The notes beneath the pieces are model-generated. The model made no database searches and was not told where the DNA came from. It saw only the letters and a list, made by a program, of their open reading frames with translations. A program made the position numbers and the translations under genes. This document shows, piece by piece, positions 56,046 through 64,000 of a DNA stretch of 64,000 nt. Origin of the DNA: Eledone cirrhosa (taxonomy: Eukaryota); assembly GCA_964016885.1 (NCBI GenBank), contig OZ024761.1, positions 1,426,001 to 1,490,000 of the forward strand. The letters are read 5' to 3'. Every line of letters starts with the position of its first letter. Positions within the stretch are counted from its first letter, which is position 1.

Positions 56046-59000
56046 GTCTGACGCGTGGAACATCGCCGGTAAGCTTTTTTGTTAATTTCTATACAAAAAA
56101 ACCGAACTAATTGTTTTAAAGAACATAACATTTTGTAGATTAACCCCCAAGCTGAATTTTCAGCTGGGTGGTAATCCCATTTTTAGCCCCTGTAGGGGCG
56201 AAAATTTTATTTTTAAAATTTGTTTTAAAATATCAGATTTTACAAACTAAATAACTTGAGCAACACAAGAACGCTGGAGAACGTTAATAGAGAAAAGAGA
56301 GAGAAAGAGGCAGATATTAACGTTATATCTGCTTCTGCTACTAGATACGACTGTCAACAAAGAAAAAAAAAAGTATTACCACTTGAAGATTTTAAAATTT
56401 CTACCGTCGAAGTGGAGAAAAATAACAATAACACACAGGAAAACACAGGAATTAAACCCATTAACATACATACACATGTAAAAGACATCAACAACTCTAC
56501 AGATACATCTACACATAATGTTTCACCTCGACAAGGAACTGAGATTTCCAACACCGAGGCTAACAACGATAACAACAACAACAACAGCAACACCACACAC
56601 AAAAAGAAAATGTCTTTCGCTGAAACTGAACAAAAAACAAGATTTTATAAATCTTGATATCTCCAACGCAAGAGATATGCTCCAACAAGAGAGAAAATTT
56701 GTAACTTTCGAAGAAAGAGGAGGGTTTAGAATTAACTCACCCCTTGAAATGAACGAAGACACAATTCTCAGATCAGTCACCTTTAGGACTGTGTCAAATT
56801 CCACAAGAAAGCCGACATTTGTTAACCAAGCAGATATAGAAGATACTTTCAAGGAAATTCTAGCAAATGTCGATTTTCTCCAGCGAGGAAAACAGTACGG
56901 AAGTGTTTCCGTACTGTTTAAAAGCGAGGCACTCGCCCAAAAACACTCTGTGACACCAATGGTGTCAAAAGCATACACCTTTTCCCCTACATACATGGGA
57001 AAAAGGACACAAAAAATAAAAATAAAAAACATACCTCCAAACATTAACATCTGGTGGATCTTGGCTGGCTTCGTAGAGCCAGAAACTAATATGATTCTTT
57101 CGATACGAAAATCTATTCGACAAAGGTGGGCGGGTACAGATTTGGAGATTCTGTTGCAAATGAAACCGGAGAGAATCTCCAAAATACCCGAAAGAGTCGT
57201 TATCGATAATAACAACAGAATAAACATTTCGGTAGAAGGGCGAAAATTTCATTGCTTTCGCTGTGGTAGCACAGCACACCTAAAAGCCTCTTGTCCACAA
57301 ACACACAACAACAACATCATTAAAAAAACATTATAACCAACACCAACACCAAAACAATCACCACCACCACAAGTACAACGACAGACGAAACGAGCAACCA
57401 CACCAAAACAAACAGACACTCAACCAACAACAACAGAAAAAACAGAGACAACACCCCTGAAGAACACAGCCCCACTCCATCCCACTCCATCAAACACTAC
57501 CACAAACACACACACCGAAACACCACCACCACACAACATACCCTTACCCCACACACCTGACGATGATTATTCATCGACGGATGAAGCTGCTTCTCCTTCT
57601 TTAAGTGAAGAAGAGGGAGAACCGCGGAAATCTAAAAAACAAAAAAAGAGACACCACAAAATCCCCAAAACTCCAATCACCAACACCAACACACAACCAC
57701 AGACACAAACAACACCACAGTCAAACATCCCCCTATCAGCAAAACCAGCACCAACACCACCCCAAACACAAGCACCCACCATAAAAAGAAAACTCCCGGA
57801 CGAACAACAACCTAAAACAACAAAAACACAAACAACAATACGCATACATCAACACAAACAACAAGAGTTTGATGGAGGTCATCTCCCAAAACCCCAAGGT
57901 GGAGACGGAGGGAAAAACTTTCGTCAAGGCAGAATCGTCTCCACACCTTAAACTTATAAGGGTTTCTATGGAAACCTATAATGACCTAAAAAATAAATTT
58001 TCACAGGACGTGAGCATCCCCTGCCACAAACCCATCAACCGCGTCCTGTTAAAATGTTTCTCCACCCCACCCAACACCCCATCCAGCACCCAAATGGAGA
58101 TTGAACAACCCGATCTCCAGGAAACGAAAAGGTAAGTGCACCTTTCGTCCTTTTTCTCCAACTTTTCTTCACCAACATGGCTAGTTTACGAGTTGGAACC
58201 GTGAATGTGCGTGGCCTAGGGATGCCCTGGAAACAGGGCCAACTTTTAAACGACCTTAGGTCACACAGTATGGATGTGATATCCATCACCGAGTCCAGGA
58301 TCCACAACAGGCAGCAACTAACCCCCATCTTCGACGACTTTGAGATCTACGCATCTCTCTGTCAGCCAGAAGGTGGAGGTGGAGTGGCTGTCATGTTTCG
58401 GAAGAACCTGGACGTCGAAGTACAGCAAGTACACTTGGACCCGGAGGGTAGACTGGTAGTCCTAGACGTGAACAGTATTGGAGGTGGAGCCTGCAGACTG
58501 GTGGCCGTTTATGCCCCGACCGGGCAATCGCAATCACGGTGAGACTTCTTTAAGCGTCTAGAGTTTTTTCTGGGAACGTCTCGCTCCTTACTTTTAGTGG
58601 GGGACTGGAATGTTATCCTAGATGCACGATGTGACTATGTGGGAGCATATCCCAGTAGAGCGGGGTGCAACAGCCTCAAAACTTTAATCGGCCAATTCAA
58701 ACTGGCCGATAGGTATCGACTGGATTTCCCGACTGCACCACAGTGGACGTGGGCAAACCGCAGTGGGACATCTAGATCGTATTTAGATAGGTTCTTCATT
58801 AGAGAGAGGGACAAGGAGATGTTAATCTGTCCACGAATGCACATGGTTGCCTATTCAGATCACAAGTTAGTCGTCTGCTTAGTCAACCGTGATAGAATAC
58901 ATAGACAGGGTCCCGGATACTGGAAGCTGAACGTGTTGTTGCCGGCACGTAAAGCTTACGGTGAACGGATAAGTAGACTAGTCAAGCAACAGTTAACGGG

Positions 59001-61835
59001 AGCCACCGTCAACAATAGATGGTGGTACTCTCTCAATAAAGCAATTAGAATAGAATCGATAGCGTATAGCAGAGAGTTAGCCTTAGAGAAAAACAGAATA
59101 GAAAGAGAACTAGTAGCCAAGGTAGAGGAGGCACTTAGAAGTGGCAACGCGGCTAGAGTGTAAGCGTCGAGAACGGCACTGGACCAGTTCTTCGATGCGT
59201 AACACGAAGGCTGCGTGGTCAGAAGCAAAACACGTGCTCTACGAAACGAAGGAGCGAAAGCTGTCAGCTGGGCCCGAGTGGCGGGGGCAAAAAGTGGCAA
59301 CAAGTCCACAATTCGGTCTTTCAAAGACCAAAACGGACGCGTGCTAGTTGACCCCAAGCAAATGTGCGCGACCTTTCAGCGGCACTTTGCGCGACTGTTT
59401 GAGCAGAACGACGGTGAGCCGAACGGGGCAATGGCCTTTAGTTCATACCTCGACGGCCTGCCGCGTCTCTCGAACACGGACGCCGAGTTCTGCGAAACAC
59501 CGATCACGGACACTGAGATACGGGACGCTCTGGGCCGCTGCGGGAAACGCAAGTCACCCGGTCTAGATGGTCTACCCTACGAGTTTTACATAGGCATGCC
59601 AGACTTGTTCTCTGGCGTCCTCGAAGCTGTCTACTGCAATTGGCAGCAGAACGGGAGAATTCCTAGTTCTGCAGGCAAGGGCGTAGTAACGCTGATCAGG
59701 AAAGACGAGAACAAGGGGGACGAAATTAACAACTTCAGGCTCAACACAGAGTTAAAGATTTTGGCCAAGGTGCTAGCTACGAGGTTGGCGCTTGTCGTTG
59801 AGAACCTGGTAGGGAAAGCGCAAACGTGTGCAATCCCGATCAGGTCCATACACAACAACCTCCACCTCATGCGATACATCATAGAGAGGGTGGGTAGTAA
59901 ACCCGGCTTCGGTGGGGCTCTGATCAACTTGGATCAGTCTAAGGCATTCGATAGGGTCGACCATCGATACTTGGAAGCGGTTCTCAAGGCGGCCGGTTTC
60001 GGTCCCGTGTTCAGAGGATGGATCGAGGCGATGCACACCAGCATCTGCTCGAGGGTCAAGGTGAACGGCTACCTATCGGAGCCGTTCGCAATCACGCGTT
60101 CCATTCGACAGGGGTGCCCTCTCTCCTCCATTCTGTATGTATTGACTCTAGAGCCACTACTGCGGAAATTGGAGCTGTTGCAGGGCATCCCTCTAGAACA
60201 GGGACTGCGAAAGCGGCGTCGGCTTATGCCGACGATGTGACGGTAATGGTGTCGAGCACCTCGGAAATTGGGGTGATCGGCAACTTACTGAAAGAATACG
60301 AAACGCTGACGGGAGCAAAACTAAACCCGGACAAGTCTATCGGTTTGCAACTCGGTACGTGGAGAGGGAAACCGATGACGTCCGACAGCGTCGTTGGACG
60401 CTGGAATGGACGGACCGGTGAAATTGCTCGGGGTCTGGTTCGGTCCAGACCTCCAGGTGGAGAAAAACTGGAACGAGGTCACGTCCAAGGTGTTTGCACT
60501 CACCCAGAAGTGGGCAGAGTGCAAACTGTCCTTGAAAGGTCGAGCAGAGGTGGCGAACACTTTCATAGCGTCCGTCATCTACTACCGCTTGACTGTCGTG
60601 CCTTGTCCCCGTGAACACCTCGCCAAGATGGAACGCATGCTCTTCCAGTTTCTGTGGAAGAAGCAGGCTCCGCTGGTGAGGAGATCCGTCTGCTGTCAGC
60701 ACCCTTCCAACGTAGGGCTGGGAATGCCGTGGCTGATGATGCACAAACATGAGCTGAAGCTGCGGCATCTCCAGGTATTCCTCACCGACCCCCAACCGGT
60801 GTGGGCACCGTTTGCGAGACAGGCTTTCCCACAGCTCGTCTCGCTGACGGATCTGCAGTCCTGGGTCAAGAAAATACCGAAAACGATGGGCGCCTGGCAC
60901 ATTGAATGCGCTCAGGCGCTCACAGTCCTCTGGCAAGCGGGCGCACCAATCAGTGGAGACTCCACTTCGACATTCTATAGAGGGATTGTACGTTACAAGG
61001 GCGACGACGTGCTCGGAGAGACTCTGGGCGTCGAAGACGATGAGCTCACCAGTCTATTTGGTAGGACTTTTCGCCCGGGGCCTATGGACAACTTCCAGAG
61101 GTCCCTCGCCTGGCAGTGCAACCGAGGAGCTCTACCGGTTCGGGACAAGATCTACAGGCACGGACGCCCCGGCAGGGATCCTTCCAAGAGGACGTGTCCA
61201 AGATGCGCGCAGGACATTGAAACAGTCCTGCACGCAATTGTACACTGCCCGGGCGTAACTGACCTGTGGAACTATGCAGAACAACTGCTGTCGCGTATGG
61301 GACAAATCCAGTTGACTGCCGAGTTCATAGTAAGGATCAAACCGCCAGCCTCTTTCAAAAACGAAAGAGATGCGGTTTTCCTCTGTACGGTGGCTATGAT
61401 GAAAGTGGTCGAGGTTGAGAGGACTTAGGACAGATGCCTTTCTCTCCGGACAACAATTGATTCCCTTCTTTAAGTATCACTTTAGAAGGAGAATCAGGGT
61501 GGAGAGAGAGGCACTGCACCCCAGTAAATTTACTGAAAGGTGGGTGAATGAAGCAAAAATGGCCCGAGTGATTGGGCCTTCTCTGTTTATAAGCCTGTAG
61601 GTTGAGGAAGAGAGCAAGAGGAAGAAAGGAGCACTTGCACAACACGCTCCTGGAGTTGAGGGTTGTTCTATCGACGGGGTATTAAACAACCCATTTGTGG
61701 CGCCTCCCCCCAATTGGGGATTTCGATTGTTGTATTGTTTGTTTTTATATTTTTTACACGACTGTATGTAAAATCCCCGGCATGTCTTTGTATTGTCCCC
61801 TTTTCTTGTGCGCCCTTGTGGCTAATAAAGAAATA
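56046..61835 (+). mobile_element. Tx1/L1-clade LINE copy 2, apparently full-length, disabled
   Basis: ORF1 about 56256-58135 (CFRCGSTAHLKASC), ORF2 58177-61600 with stops and frameshifts; (TATC)n on both flanks. Confidence 0.93.
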
Positions 61836-61931
61836 TATCTACCTATATACCTATCTATCAATCTATCTACCTATCTATCTATCATAAAAAAAAATAAAAA
61901 AAAAATAAAAAAAAAATAAAAAAAAAAATTT

Positions 61932-64000
61932 AAAGAGGACGTGGGTCCCCCCTGCGTCGGGCCCATTAACCGCGTCCTCCTAAAAAACTACCCCACCCCT
62001 CCCCAAACACCCACACAACTCCAAACACCCCAAGCACACAACACACTGATGCCCCTACACTTCCACAAACCACCACCCCACCCAACAACCCATCCCCCAC
62101 CCTAATGGAAATTGTGCAGCCCGATACCCGGGACGCAGAGAGGTAAGTGCCTTTTCTCTTCACCACCAACATGGCTATGCTAAGAGTAGGCTGTTTAAAT
62201 GCGCGTGGCCTGGGCTCAACTTGGAAGCAAGCAATGCTTCTAAATGACCTCAGGTCACAACGTATAAATGTGATGGTTATTTGCGAGGCCCGGATCAGCA
62301 ACGTGCGACAGCTGGCCCCCACCTTTGATGACTTTGAGATGCACGCATCTCTCTGTCAGCCCGGGGGTGGGGGTGGGGTTGTCGTTCTGCTGCAAAAACA
62401 TCTGGGTCTCGCAACACAGACGGTACATTTGGACCCGGAGGGTCGACTAGTGGTTCTGGACCTTGGCAGTGGTGAAGGCGGAGCGTTTAGGTTGGTAGCC
62501 GCCTACGGCCCTTTCGGGTCAATGCGGCCGGACTTATTCCATCGTCTGGAGACTTTTCTAGGGACGTCCCGCTCCTTGCTATTAGTGGGGGACTGGAATG
62601 GTATCCTAGATGCACGCTGAGACTACGTAGGGGCCTGTCCCGATAGAGAGGAGTGTAATAGCCTCAAAGGGTTAATCGGTCGATTTGACCTGGCCGATAG
62701 ATATCGACTAGATTTTCCGACTGCGCCAACCTGGACTTGGGCAAATCGCAGCGGATCATCTAGGTCGTACCTAGATAGGTTCTTAGTTAGAATTAAGGAT
62801 AAGGACTTTTTAAGTTGACCAAAAATGAGCATTGTTGGCTATTCAGACCACAAGTTAGTGAGCTGCATGGTCAACCTTGACAGAACGCATAGACAGGGAC
62901 CCGGTTACTGGAAGCTCAACTTGTCCTTACCGGCAAGTAAGGCTTACAGGGACCGGAGTAGCACTTTAGTTAAGGAGCGGTTGACGGGCGCCATCGTCAA
63001 CAGTAGGTGGTGGGGATCTCTCAAAAGAGAGATTAGAGTAGTCTCTATAGAATTTAGTAAGGAGTTAGCCTCAAATAGAAATAGGAAGGAAAGGGAGCTG
63101 GTAGATAGTGTAGAAGAGGCAATTAGAAGCGGCGACGTGGCCAGAGTGCTAGCGTCGAGAACGGCCCTGGGCCAGTTCTTCGACGCGAAACACGAAGGCT
63201 GCATCGTCCGAAGCAAAATACGTCTCTGGGAAACGAGGGGACCAAAGCTGTTAGCTGGGCCCGCGTGACAGAAGCCAAAAGAGGGAGAAGATCCACTATC
63301 CGGTCTTTGCGAAACCAGGATGGACGGGTGATCCTTGAACCTAAGCAGATGTGCGAGGCTTTTCAAAAGCACTTTGCCGGATTGTTCGGAAGGGGCGGGG
63401 AGCCGGTTGGGGATGTGGACTTCGGTCCATACCTCGACGGCCTGCCGCGTCTCTCGGACAGGGAGGCGAGGAGCCGATTTCAGCCGCTGAGATAGAGGAC
63501 GTGCTGAGCCAATGCGGCAAACGCAAATCCCCGGGTCTCGATGGTCTTCCATACGAACTGTATCTAGCTATGCCGGACTTGTTCCCCGATCTCCTCGAGG
63601 CGGTCTACTGCAACTGGCAACAGAACGGGAGAATTCCCTGTGCTGTGACCAAGGGCGTAGTCACGCTAGTGAGGAAGGACGAGAACAAGGGGGACGATAT
63701 AAATAATGTCAGGCCCATAACTCTGCTAAATACAGAGTTACAGATTTTGGCCAAGGTGCTAGCAAAGAGGTTGGCGCTTGTCGTGGGCAACCTGGTGGGA
63801 GATGCGCAGACATGTGCTATCCCGTCCAGGTCCATCCACGACAACCTCCACCTCATGCGATACATCATAGAGAGGGTTGGGAACGAACCCGGCTTTGGTG
63901 GGGCCCTGATCAACTTGGATCAATCTAAGGCGTTCGATAGGGTCGACCATGGTTGCCTGGATGCGGTGCTAGCGGCGGCAGGCTTCGGACCCGTTTTCAG
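61932..64000 (+). mobile_element. Tx1/L1-clade LINE copy 3 (end of ORF1, ORF2 to window edge), disabled
   Basis: ATG at 62171 MAMLRVGCLNARGL..GDWNGILD..SDHKLV..PGYWKLN..DQSKAFDRVDH. Confidence 0.92.

Noticed and set aside
56523-57227. 234-aa antisense ORF and similar ORFs opposite LINEs
   Set aside because: Shadow frames of LINE ORFs with no recognisable motifs.

Overview
AT-rich eukaryotic DNA, almost certainly octopus (cephalopod-type tRNA-derived SINEs, a nad6-cob mitochondrial insert in invertebrate code, very dense (TA)n, (CATA)n and (TATC)n tracts). One host gene is visible: the last two exons of a fibrinogen-related-domain (FReD) gene on + (38388-38782 and 52734-53060), separated by a 13,951-bp transposon-filled intron. 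The rest is mobile DNA: RTE, R4/Dong-like, Tx1/L1 and CR1 LINEs, Penelope-like element (PLE) fragments, a mariner remnant, a Helitron-like element, SINEs, a NUMT and a 72-bp minisatellite. The main hidden signal is about 27 hand-folded type I hammerhead ribozyme (HHR) motifs in about 13 sequence families. Most sit in short non-coding fold-back or tandem elements inserted in (TA)n, several have non-canonical cores (compensatory U3-A8, U4A, very long stem II), and many share a downstream TTGAGTRCY motif. All structures were read by eye; no folding, alignment or database search was run.
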